The notes under the pieces are model-generated. The model made no database searches. It saw only the letters and a program-made list of their open reading frames with translations, and was not told the DNA's origin. Shown here one piece after another: positions 1 through 10,181 of a DNA stretch of 31,098 nt; the first letter of the stretch is position 1, and every line of letters starts with the position of its first letter. The translations under genes and the position numbers were made by a program. The stretch covers positions 1 through 31,098 of the forward strand of contig JBMORA010000005.1 of assembly GCA_049320885.1 (NCBI GenBank), in the 5' to 3' direction. Origin of the DNA: Thermodesulfobacteriota bacterium (GTDB taxonomy: Bacteria > Desulfobacterota > Desulfobacteria > Desulfobacterales > SURF-7).

Positions 1-64
1 GTTAAGCTCTTTTGCGCCGATGGTACTGCTCGGGAAGCTGGGCGGGAGAGTAGGACGCCGCCGA
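1..64 (+). rRNA. rrf: 5S rRNA, 3' half (truncated by window start)
   Basis: GTTAAGCTC...GCGCCGATGGTACT...GGGAGAGTAGGACGCCGCC matches the conserved 3' half of bacterial 5S rRNA. Helix GCTCGG/CTGGGC with a GAAG loop is present. The 3' end is approximate. Confidence 0.93.
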
Positions 65-75
65 AAATCCTTTTC

Positions 76-113
76 AAGCCCGGTCGCAACTAGCCTCCGG
101 GCTTTCTTTTTTT
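76..113 (+). terminator. Intrinsic terminator after 5S rRNA
   Basis: Stem AAGCCCGG (76-83) / CCGGGCTT (97-104) followed by TCTTTTTTT. Confidence 0.8.
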
Positions 114-131
114 CCTCGACAATCCCCCGGC

Positions 132-167
132 AAAAAAACCCGCTGCGAAATTTCGCAACGGGTTTTT
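132..167 (-). terminator. Intrinsic terminator of groESL (possibly bidirectional)
   Basis: The minus strand reads AAAAACCCGTTGCG-AAATTT-CGCAGCGGG-TTTTTTT. The single mismatch is a G-U wobble only on the minus strand. It lies 35 bp after the groEL stop. Confidence 0.85.
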
Positions 168-201
168 CGATTACTTTTAATTACAAAAAAGGCCGGTCTT
201 T

Positions 202-1845
<1,644 letters not shown>

Positions 1846-1853
1846 TTAAATTA

Positions 1854-2141
1854 TTAATTGATTACACCCAGAATGTCGTCTTCTCTCATGAAAAGGTGTT
1901 CGACACCATCGAGTTTGATTTCCGTGCCGGCGTATTTGGAGAACAGGATTCGATCGTCCTTTTTCACATCCAGCGGTGTTCGTTTGCCATCATCGCCCAT
2001 CTTTCCCGGTCCAACGGCAACCACTTTTCCTTGATGAGGTTTTTCCTTAGCCGTGTCGGGAATGATTATTCCCCCGGCTGTTTTTTTCTCTTCCTCCAGT
2101 CTTACAACCAATACACGATCATTTAACGGCCTAATTTTCAT
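1854..2141 (-). CDS. groS: Co-chaperonin GroES (Cpn10)
   Basis: 95 aa. [42 protein letters not shown]; directly upstream of groL. Confidence 0.99.
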   Translation of the reverse strand: MKIRPLNDRVLVVRLEEEKKTAGGIIIPDTAKEKPHQGKVVAVGPGKMGDDGKRTPLDVKKDDRILFSKYAGTEIKLDGVEHLFMREDDILGVIN

Positions 2142-2314
2142 TTACAAATTCCTCCTTCCAGGATTGGTGATGTAATTATATATTGATGCAGATATGCAGA
2201 CGGGTTGATTTACATGAGAGTACAATCAGTAAACCCCCGCTTTTTTGTATCGGTTTTTTATTCATTTATTCTGGAAATCATGATCTTACGGTTTCACAAT
2301 ATACTGAATGGACA

Positions 2315-2342
2315 AATTTAATCACCTTCGACTGCTTGTCAA
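2315..2342 (-). promoter_or_regulatory. Candidate groESL promoter
   Basis: Minus strand TTGACA-N16-TAAATT, about 170 bp upstream of groS. Confidence 0.45.
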
Positions 2343-2406
2343 GGAGCCAGTGTAAAAAAGAGGCGGGCATCGGTGGGAAAGGCTGCCTGGGTGGATATTG
2401 TTGTTG

Positions 2407-3405
2407 TTAAAGCGGATTTTTAGGTGTGGCTCCGGTTGCTTGGAGGTATTTGGTTATCAAAAGCGGAATGAAGGTGGTGAGGTCCTCCACGATTCCAAAA
2501 TCAGCCGCTGAAAAGATGACAGCGCGGGGATCGGTGTTGATGGCAACAACGGTTTGGGCCTGCTGAAAACCAATTGTATGCTGTCTGGCACCGGATATGC
2601 CACAGGCAAGATATAATTTCGGCGAGACTCGTTTGCCGGTTTCGCCGATTTGTCTGGAATATGGGAGCCAGCCCAGATCGCATACCGTCCGTGAACCTGC
2701 GACGCCACTGTTGTTGAACAGCTCCGCGAGGTCACGGATCAGGGCCATGTTTTCGATTTTGCCGATGCCTCTTCCAGCGGATACAATAGCATCCGCTTCC
2801 TCAATCGCGTTGTCTCTGTCCGTGGAGCTGACGAGATCAAGGGGGATGAAATGATTCGGATAACCAGGTTTTTCCAGAGAGGTCACAACCCCTTTGGCGA
2901 CGGAATCCTCTGGTGGGTGAAACTGGAAAGAGCCGGAAAGTGCTGTGAAAATGGTGGGCGTTTTCCGGGTAATGAGATCGATGAGCAGCTTACCGTTGAA
3001 AAGCGAGCGACGATAGATCATCTGGCCGTTTCCCAGAACAATTCGTTCCACGGCGCTGATGCAGGTTCCATCCGTGGAATTGGCAACGGCTGCGGCAATT
3101 TGGCAGGCGCGCATGGTGTGGGGCAGGCAGATCACATCCAATTCCATTTTTTTCGACAATGACTTGACGGCTTCGGCCACCAGTAAGGGATTCGGCAAGG
3201 CGAGCTGTTCATGCTCCAGCACAATGCTGTCGATTCCGTGGTTCCCCGATACTGTTTCCGCGATGTTGCGCACATCCTTCCCCGGTATCAGCATGGTGAT
3301 CTTGCCCGGCGAAACGGATTGAAACCACTGGGCTACGGCAAGGAGGTCGATATAGGTGGGAGACAGTTGATTATTTATGGTTTCGGCGATCAATAACAGG
3401 TTCAT
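2407..3405 (-). CDS. etfA: Electron transfer flavoprotein alpha subunit
   Basis: 332 aa. C-terminal FAD domain motifs VSAGRGIG, AGSR, RQIGETGKRVSPKLYLACGISGARQH, AINTDPRA. Confidence 0.95.
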   Translation of the reverse strand: MNLLLIAETINNQLSPTYIDLLAVAQWFQSVSPGKITMLIPGKDVRNIAETVSGNHGIDSIVLEHEQLALPNPLLVAEAVKSLSKKMELDVICLPHTMRACQIAAAVANSTDGTCISAVERIVLGNGQMIYRRSLFNGKLLIDLITRKTPTIFTALSGSFQFHPPEDSVAKGVVTSLEKPGYPNHFIPLDLVSSTDRDNAIEEADAIVSAGRGIGKIENMALIRDLAELFNNSGVAGSRTVCDLGWLPYSRQIGETGKRVSPKLYLACGISGARQHTIGFQQAQTVVAINTDPRAVIFSAADFGIVEDLTTFIPLLITKYLQATGATPKNPL

Positions 3406-3410
3406 TGGTA

Positions 3411-4208
3411 TCAGCTTCCCATTCTTTGCCGGAGCAATGATTTTTCAGAGAAGATTTTCAGCAGGGCAACGGCCTTTTCCTCGGCGGAACCGCCAATGAA
3501 AGTGCAACGGGATTCATCCACGGGCTCCTGGATGGAATTTACCAGGAATGGAAGCCGGCTTTTTTCAGATGGAGGCGCGTCGATGGTGGTCAGTTCCTTG
3601 GTTCTGGATCGGAGCATGTTGGAAAGGGATGGATAGCGGGGACGATTGATTCCGGTTTGAATGCTCAGCAGCGCCGGCAGTCTCAGCTCCACCAGTTCGG
3701 AAAGACCGGCTTCCAATTCGCAGGCGACACGGATGGTGTTCTCCGATAGGTTCAAATCTTGGCGCACCACAACCGTTGCACATGGCAGGCCCAGGAGATC
3801 CGCCACGAAGGGCCCCACCAGTCCCTGCATGTCATCTTCGGCCATCACGCCGGTCAGGATCAGGTCGTATTGTCCGGTGGCAGCATATCCGGCAATGAGT
3901 TCGGCAACATGTTGGGCGTCGGAGAATCCCCTGGATTCGTGCCGGATATGGATTCCGTTGTCGGCACCTATGGCCATGGCCCGGCGCAGGGCATTCCGGA
4001 TATGATCCGGACCGACGCTCAGGGCGTCCACGGTGACATGCGGTAGTTTTTCCCGGATACGGATGGCTTCCTCCAGGGCGAATTCATCGAAGCGATTGAT
4101 GCGGTATTCACCGGTTTCTGCGTCCGACACCCACGGGATGTCAGGGGCCATCCGAAGAAGCGGCGGGAGGTCGGTTACGGCTTTGATGCACACCAAAATC
4201 TTTTTCAT
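3411..4208 (-). CDS. etfB: Electron transfer flavoprotein beta subunit
   Basis: Start placed at MKKILVCIKAV (4208, AAGGG upstream). INRFDEFALEEA, ALRRAMAIGAD, YDLILTG, INRPRYPSL. Adjacent to etfA. Confidence 0.94.
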   Translation of the reverse strand: MKKILVCIKAVTDLPPLLRMAPDIPWVSDAETGEYRINRFDEFALEEAIRIREKLPHVTVDALSVGPDHIRNALRRAMAIGADNGIHIRHESRGFSDAQHVAELIAGYAATGQYDLILTGVMAEDDMQGLVGPFVADLLGLPCATVVVRQDLNLSENTIRVACELEAGLSELVELRLPALLSIQTGINRPRYPSLSNMLRSRTKELTTIDAPPSEKSRLPFLVNSIQEPVDESRCTFIGGSAEEKAVALLKIFSEKSLLRQRMGS

Positions 4209-4367
4209 TAGTTTACCCTTCGGCCGCGGTTGATGGTCTGTAATCCAATCCACGCTATGCGGATGCTGGTTCCCTCATGGGGCCGCCAGCAAGAGCTTCT
4301 ATTTCCGATGCCCCTTTTTACCGGTTCAGATCCACATATATCGCGATCCGGTTTGTTTGGCAACTAA

Positions 4368-4393
4368 AAAAATCGAGCGTTCGCTTTATTTTT
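4368..4393. promoter_or_regulatory. Imperfect palindrome, candidate TetR operator
   Basis: AAAAATcgAGCG-TT-CGCTttATTTTT, ending 1 bp before a TTGACA hexamer, in the divergent etfB/phosphatase intergenic region. Confidence 0.5.
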
Positions 4394-4394
4394 A

Positions 4395-4423
4395 TTGACA
4401 AGTATCCTCACTTCCGATAGAAA
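4395..4423 (+). promoter_or_regulatory. Candidate sigma70 promoter of the acyl-CoA catabolic cluster
   Basis: TTGACA (4395-4400)-N17-TAGAAA (4418-4423), 23 bp before the ATG at 4447. Confidence 0.55.
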
Positions 4424-4446
4424 CTGATCTCAATGAAAGGTCAGCC

Positions 4447-5157
4447 ATGAGCATTCTATATTGTATCCGACACGGGCAAGCTTCTTTCGGGAAAAACGAT
4501 TATGACCTGCTGTCCGACAAGGGCCGTCAACAGTCCCGCGTCGTGGCGGAATACTTTTTTTCATTGGGAACGGTTTTTGATACGGTATTCACCGGCACCT
4601 TACGACGTCAGATAGAAACAGCCCGCGAGTTGACGGAGCTCTACCGCCGGAAGGGTATGCCCCAACCGGAGGTGAAGACGGCACCGTCGTTCAACGAATA
4701 TGATTCCGAAGGAATTTTTAAAAAGCTTCTGCCCCTGTTGATGCAGGAAGACGAGGAACTCGGCGGGCAGATCGCACAGACGGCCGGAGACAAACGCGCT
4801 TTTCAGTTCGTGTTCGAAAGGATCATGCAGCACTGGATTTCCGGTACATATTCTGTCGCTGGTTTGGAAACCTGGGAGGAATTCAAGGGCCGGGTGAATG
4901 AGGCCATTGATGGAATCATGGCGGACGAGGAAAGGGGAAAATGTGTCGCCGTCTTCACTTCCGGCGGACCGATCTGTTTGGCGGCTCAGAAGGCGTTGCA
5001 CCTGTCGGATGCGGATGCCCTTCGGTTGAACTGGCAGGTGGCGAACGCTTCCATCACCCGCTTTCAGTATGCGCCCGGCCGGATCATGCTGTCCACCTTT
5101 AATGAATATGGTCATCTGGAATCGAACCCTGGGGCCGGCATGGTGACCTACCGGTGA
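4447..5157 (+). CDS. Histidine phosphatase (phosphoglycerate mutase-like) family protein
   Basis: 236 aa. IRHGQASFG, LRRQIETA, FNEYD, VFTSGGPI, NASITRF, FNEYGHL. Confidence 0.9.
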   Translation: MSILYCIRHGQASFGKNDYDLLSDKGRQQSRVVAEYFFSLGTVFDTVFTGTLRRQIETARELTELYRRKGMPQPEVKTAPSFNEYDSEGIFKKLLPLLMQEDEELGGQIAQTAGDKRAFQFVFERIMQHWISGTYSVAGLETWEEFKGRVNEAIDGIMADEERGKCVAVFTSGGPICLAAQKALHLSDADALRLNWQVANASITRFQYAPGRIMLSTFNEYGHLESNPGAGMVTYR

Positions 5158-5208
5158 TCGCGGCGGTCGCCAGACCGGAAAACAGTCTCAACAGCAAAGG
5201 AGAATACA

Positions 5209-6432
5209 ATGGATTTTGCAGTCACGGAACGAATGCGGATCATTCTTGACATGATCAACGAATTTGTTGACAAGGAGTTGATCCCCCTGGAGCCGGAATT
5301 TGTCAACACCGAATTCGCGGACTTGGTGCCGGTTCTTGAGGAGAAACGCGCCATGGTGAGACAGATGGAGCTGTGGGCTCCCAATCATCCCAAAGAACTG
5401 GGCGGCATGGGGCTAAATCTGGTGGAGCATGGCCTAGTGTCCGAGGCACTGGGCCGCTCGCCCATCGGCCACTATGTGTTCGGCTGCCAGGCGCCGGATG
5501 CGGGTAATATCGAAATCCTTCATCTGCACGGTTCCCCGGAACAAAAGGAAAGATATCTGAGACCCCTGGTGGCCGGAAAAATCCGAAGTTGTTTTTCCAT
5601 GACCGAGGTCGATATGCCGGGCTCCAATCCGGTGATGCTGGAAACAACGGCCGTGAAGGATGGAAATGACTATGTCATCAACGGCCATAAATGGTATTCG
5701 AGTTCGGCGGACGGCGCAGCTTTTTCCATCGTCATGGCGGTCACCAATCCGGATGCGCCCACGTATATGCAGGCCAGTATGATCATTGTGCCGACCAATA
5801 CGCCCGGCTACAATCTGGTCCGCAATATTCCGGTCATGGGGCATACGGGCAGTGATTACGCCAGCCACGGGGAAATCCTGTTTCAATCCTGCCGGGTTCC
5901 CCGGGAAAATTTGCTGGGACCCGAGGGGCATGGATTCATCATGGCCCAGGAACGCCTCGGTCCCGGAAGAATCCATCACTGCATGCGCTGGCTGGGAATC
6001 TGCAACCGGTCCTTTGATTTGATGTGCAAGCGGGCCAATGAACGCAAAATTTCGCCGGATGGCAAAACCCTGGGCAGCAAGCAGATCGTCCAGGCCTGGA
6101 TCGCCGAATCCGCTGCCGAAATACAGTCGGCCAGGCTGATGACCCTGCATGCTGCCTGGAAAATCGACACCCGGGGAGCCAAGGCTGCCCGGTATGATAT
6201 TTCCTACATCAAATTCCTGGTGGCCAACGTCATGCAGCGCGTGATCGATCGCGCCTTGCAGGTTCATGGCGGCCTTGGAATGACCGACGATACCATCCTC
6301 GCGTATTTCTATCGCCATGAGCGGGCTGCGCGGATTTACGACGGCGCCGACGAAGTCCACAAAATGTCGGTGGCCAGGAGGATTCTGCAGGCGCACAAGG
6401 AAGGCGGATATCGAGCGGCGCTGGATATTTAA
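5209..6432 (+). CDS. Acyl-CoA dehydrogenase, ACAD10/11-C / LvaC / FadE2-like
   Basis: 407 aa. CQAPDAGNIEIL, RSCFSMTE, INGHKWYSS, AQERLGPGRIHHCMR, QVHGGLG and RIYDGADEVH (Asp at the position of the usual catalytic Glu). RBS AAGGAG. Confidence 0.92.
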   Translation: MDFAVTERMRIILDMINEFVDKELIPLEPEFVNTEFADLVPVLEEKRAMVRQMELWAPNHPKELGGMGLNLVEHGLVSEALGRSPIGHYVFGCQAPDAGNIEILHLHGSPEQKERYLRPLVAGKIRSCFSMTEVDMPGSNPVMLETTAVKDGNDYVINGHKWYSSSADGAAFSIVMAVTNPDAPTYMQASMIIVPTNTPGYNLVRNIPVMGHTGSDYASHGEILFQSCRVPRENLLGPEGHGFIMAQERLGPGRIHHCMRWLGICNRSFDLMCKRANERKISPDGKTLGSKQIVQAWIAESAAEIQSARLMTLHAAWKIDTRGAKAARYDISYIKFLVANVMQRVIDRALQVHGGLGMTDDTILAYFYRHERAARIYDGADEVHKMSVARRILQAHKEGGYRAALDI

Positions 6433-6503
6433 TAAGGTTACGCGGAAAGGCACGGGTGGACGGCACCCGGTAAGAATAAAACTTCTATCGATGGAGAAGA
6501 GAG

Positions 6504-8309
6504 ATGGCCGCTCGTTTTTTCAGTATGCGAAACTTGAAGTTCCTGCTGTACGAAGTTTTTGACTGCGCAGCCTTGGCGCAGTATGAATACTACCGGCAAC
6601 ACAACCGCAAGGCCGTCGACATGGTGCTGGAAGCCGCCGCCACCATGGCCCAGGATCTTCTCTGGCCGATTTTACAGGAAATGGACAGACAGCCGCCGGT
6701 GCTGGAAGACGGAAGGGTCAAAGTCCATCGGGACGTGCGTAAGATTTTAAAGGAGTTCGGAGAGGGTGGATGGATCGGGGCGCATTTTCCGGAAACCCTT
6801 GACGGCGAGCAATTGCCTCTGGTCATCGGCAGCGCCGCCCGGTTCATTTTCGCCGCGGCCAATTATTCCGCGGCGGTATATGGTGATCTGTGCGCGGGTG
6901 CGGCCCATCTGATCGCTACCTTTGGAGATCGGCGGTTGGTGGACATCTATGTCCCCAATATGCTAGCCGGCCGCTGGCAGGGGACCATGGCTTTGACCGA
7001 ACCTCAGGCCGGCAGCTCGCTGAGCGATATCACAACCACGGCCTCCCCGGCCGGAGACGGGGCCTATCGCATCAAAGGGCAGAAAATATTCATCTCCGCA
7101 GGCGATCATGACGGCGCCGAAAACGTCATCCATCTGATGCTGGCCAGAATCGAAGGCGCCCCGGCGGGGATCCGGGGGATTTCCCTGTTCGTGGTGCCGA
7201 AAAAAAGACCGGATGCATCCGGAAAATTGACGGACAACGATATTACCGTGGCGGCTGTCTATCATAAACTCGGTTACCGGGGGGCTCCGATTACGGAACT
7301 GAGCATCGGTGAAAAGGACGGTTGTCATGGTTACCTGGTGGGTGAGCCGCACCAGGGGTTGAAATACATGTTTCAGATGATGAACGAAGCCCGTCTGGGG
7401 GTCGGCCTGGGGGCGGCGGCGATCACCTCGGCGGCTTACTACTCGGCCTTGGAATACACCAGGGCAAGGCCCCAGGGCCGGAAAATTCAGCAAAAAGACC
7501 CGACCCAGCCCCAGATACCCATTATCGAACATGCCGATGTAAAACGCATGCTCCTGTTTCAGCGGTCGGTTCTCGAAGGTTCCCTGGCGCTCTTGCTCCA
7601 ATGTTCCCTCTATGCCGACCTTGAAAAAATGACGGAAGGTGATAATAAGGAACGGAACCACCTGCTGCTGGAAATCCTGACACCCGTCGCCAAGACCTAT
7701 CCGTCGGAAATGGGTGTTCTGTCCGTCAGCGCCGGCCTCCAGTGTTTCGGGGGGTATGGGTATTGTGACGATTTTCCGCTGGAACAATACTATCGGGATG
7801 TGCGCATCCATCCGATCCATGAAGGCACCACCGCTATACAGGGGATGGATTTACTCGGCCGCAAGGTGGCCATGAAGGACGGCAAAGCCTTCCTGCTGTT
7901 AGCGGACGAAGTGAATCGCACGATAAGTGCCGCCCGGAAAAATGAAAACCTCAATGGGCTTGCCGGCTGTCTGCAGGATGCCATGGAAAGACTTCAGGCG
8001 GTGACCCTGACTCTCGGCCAAAAAGCCCAAAAGGAAGGTGTGGAAGCTTTCCTGGCCGATGCCACCCTTTACCTGGAGATGTTCGGGATCATCACCATCG
8101 CCTGGCAGTGGCTGAAGCAGGCCCTTGTGGCGGAAAGCGCCCTGTCCCGGAAATGTTCCGAGGGCGAGATGCGATTTTATCAGGGCAAGTCGTTTACCTG
8201 CCGGTATTTTTTCGGGTACGAGCTGCCGAAGATTCTGGGGTTGGCTGCCCGTTTGACAGGCGACGACAATGTTACCGTGGAAATGCCGACGGCTTGCTTC
8301 AGCGATTGA
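6504..8309 (+). CDS. Long (~600 aa) acyl-CoA dehydrogenase, FadE5/DmdC-like class
   Basis: 601 aa. GTMALTEPQAGSSL, GQKIFISAGDHD, HKLGYRG, MFQMMNEARLGVG, FGGYGY, IHEGTTAIQGMDLLGRK. Confidence 0.93.
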   Translation: MAARFFSMRNLKFLLYEVFDCAALAQYEYYRQHNRKAVDMVLEAAATMAQDLLWPILQEMDRQPPVLEDGRVKVHRDVRKILKEFGEGGWIGAHFPETLDGEQLPLVIGSAARFIFAAANYSAAVYGDLCAGAAHLIATFGDRRLVDIYVPNMLAGRWQGTMALTEPQAGSSLSDITTTASPAGDGAYRIKGQKIFISAGDHDGAENVIHLMLARIEGAPAGIRGISLFVVPKKRPDASGKLTDNDITVAAVYHKLGYRGAPITELSIGEKDGCHGYLVGEPHQGLKYMFQMMNEARLGVGLGAAAITSAAYYSALEYTRARPQGRKIQQKDPTQPQIPIIEHADVKRMLLFQRSVLEGSLALLLQCSLYADLEKMTEGDNKERNHLLLEILTPVAKTYPSEMGVLSVSAGLQCFGGYGYCDDFPLEQYYRDVRIHPIHEGTTAIQGMDLLGRKVAMKDGKAFLLLADEVNRTISAARKNENLNGLAGCLQDAMERLQAVTLTLGQKAQKEGVEAFLADATLYLEMFGIITIAWQWLKQALVAESALSRKCSEGEMRFYQGKSFTCRYFFGYELPKILGLAARLTGDDNVTVEMPTACFSD

Positions 8310-8376
8310 GTTTTTCCCGGTTTACCATTCCAAGAAGAAAGGTGCGTCCAAGTAAAAAGGCACGCAGATCAACAGA

Positions 8377-9102
8377 ATGACGCTGGACGATTTCAGGAAC
8401 ATGGCCATGGTTTCCATGGAGGATATCTGTCGGGATATTTTTCAGGAAAACCGCGAGTCCATTAAAATAAAAAAAGAGCCGGTCGGGGTCAGAAACCTGA
8501 CGACCATTTTTCAGGCCACCCTCAAACTCAGCAACGAAAAAGGTTTCCAGGCCATGAGTCTGAGGGACCTGTGCCGGGAAACCGGGCTCAGCATGGGGGC
8601 GCTATATTCGTATTTTTCCAGCAAAGATGAGCTGCTCAACATTATTCAGGATCAGGGCCGGCGGATTACGGCAAAAATATTGTCTGACCATATTCAAAGA
8701 GAAAGGCTGCCCTGGGAAAAACTGAAAACCGCGGTCCGGGCGCATTTGTATTTGAGCGAGGTGCTCCAGGGGTGGTTCTTTTTTTCGTACATGGAGACCC
8801 GCTTTTTTCAAAAAGAGGAGCACAAGAAGGCCATCGCCAGCGAGCTGTATACAGAACAGATGTTTGTCGACATTCTGGAAGAAGGGAAACGAAATGGTAT
8901 TTTTTTTCATGAAAACAGTGTGCTGACGGCTTCGGTGCTCAAAGCAATGTTGCAGGATTGGTATTTGAAACGCTGGAAATATTCCCGCCGCAACGTCTCG
9001 GTGGACGCTTATGCCGATTTCCTGATCTCGTTTGTCGGCCGGTTTGTCATGTCCACCGAGACGGATGCGATTACAAGGAGAAATCAAGATGGGGCATATT
9101 GA
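8377..9102 (+). CDS. TetR/AcrR family transcriptional regulator
   Basis: HTH GFQAMSLRDLCRETGLSMGALYSYFSSKDELL after a ~35 aa N-terminal extension. The stop overlaps the next gene start. Confidence 0.93.
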   Translation: MTLDDFRNMAMVSMEDICRDIFQENRESIKIKKEPVGVRNLTTIFQATLKLSNEKGFQAMSLRDLCRETGLSMGALYSYFSSKDELLNIIQDQGRRITAKILSDHIQRERLPWEKLKTAVRAHLYLSEVLQGWFFFSYMETRFFQKEEHKKAIASELYTEQMFVDILEEGKRNGIFFHENSVLTASVLKAMLQDWYLKRWKYSRRNVSVDAYADFLISFVGRFVMSTETDAITRRNQDGAY

Positions 9103-10156
9103 CGCTTCGGTGGATATCCGCGAGGGGGAGGAACTCAATCTAGCCAGAGTGACTGAATTTTTGCAAGACACCTTGCCTGGTGTGAGCGGTGAGGTTTGCA
9201 TCCGGCAGTTCCCGTCCGGATTTTCCAATTTGACGTATTCCATTCAGATCGGCGATCGGGATCTGATTCTGCGCAAGCCGCCCCATGGGAAGAAGGCCAA
9301 ATCCGCCCACGATATGGCCCGGGAATACCGGATTTTAAAGGCTCTCAAACCGGTTTTCCCCTATGCGCCGGAAGCGCTAGTTTACAGCGAGGAACTTTCG
9401 GTGGTGGGAAGTCCTTTTTATGTCATGGAGCGCATCAAGGGCATGATTCTGCGCCGGAATTTTCCCAAGGATTTCGTATTACCGCCCCGGGACGCCGGCC
9501 GGCTTTGTGAAAACCTGATGGATGTTCTCTGCCGGCTGCACGGTCTGGATTATATAGAAATCGGGCTGGAAGGATTCGGCAAGCCCGAAGGGTATGTGCG
9601 CCGCCAGGTGGAAGGCTGGAGTTCCCGATATCGAGATGCAAGAACCCCCGACGCCCCCGACTATGAACAGGTAATGGGCTGGCTGCATGAGCATATGCCG
9701 CCGGACAGTCAGAAGCCGGCCATCATTCATAATGACTACAAGTTCGACAACGTGGTGCTGAATCCCGAAAATCCCCTCGAGATCATCGGTGTTCTGGACT
9801 GGGAAATGGCGACGATAGGCGATCCGCTGATGGATTTGGGCTCTTCGATGGCCTACTGGGTCAACCGCGACGATCCCGAGAATGTGCAACTGATCCGCAT
9901 GCTGCCCACCAATGCGGAGGGCATGTTGAGCCGGGACGAACTGGTTTCCCTCTATCTCTCCAAAACAGGCCGCGAAACGCAATGTTTCGATTTTTATCTT
10001 TGTTTTGGATTTTTCCGGCTGGCGGTCATCGCCCAGCAGATTTACTACCGGTATTATCATGGCCAGACCAGGGACAAACGTTTCGCCATGTTGATCGTGG
10101 CCGTGCAGGTACTGGAACAGGCGGCCAAGGATTTGATCGGGCGCTCTGAGCTATGA
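9089..10156 (+). CDS. APH/choline-kinase-like phosphotransferase (ACAD10/11 N-terminal / LvaA-like)
   Basis: Start MGHIDASV at 9089 after AAGGAG. FPSGFSNLTY, LRKPP, AHDMAREYRIL, Brenner motif IIHNDYKFDNV, VLDWEMATIGDPLMDL. Confidence 0.92.
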   Translation: MGHIDASVDIREGEELNLARVTEFLQDTLPGVSGEVCIRQFPSGFSNLTYSIQIGDRDLILRKPPHGKKAKSAHDMAREYRILKALKPVFPYAPEALVYSEELSVVGSPFYVMERIKGMILRRNFPKDFVLPPRDAGRLCENLMDVLCRLHGLDYIEIGLEGFGKPEGYVRRQVEGWSSRYRDARTPDAPDYEQVMGWLHEHMPPDSQKPAIIHNDYKFDNVVLNPENPLEIIGVLDWEMATIGDPLMDLGSSMAYWVNRDDPENVQLIRMLPTNAEGMLSRDELVSLYLSKTGRETQCFDFYLCFGFFRLAVIAQQIYYRYYHGQTRDKRFAMLIVAVQVLEQAAKDLIGRSEL

Positions 10157-10181
10157 AACAAGTCAATAAAGGAGTGAAGTA

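Noticed and set aside
2294..2309. NrdR-like TCACAATATACTGAAT upstream of groS
   Set aside because: Four mismatches, no partner box at the expected spacing, and it lies in AT-rich DNA.
2407..4208. Possibility that this ETF is electron-bifurcating
   Set aside because: EtfB reads NRFD and DDMQGLVGP rather than the NPxD and DGDTxQVGP patterns I associate with bifurcating ETFs. It cannot be supported without a phylogeny.
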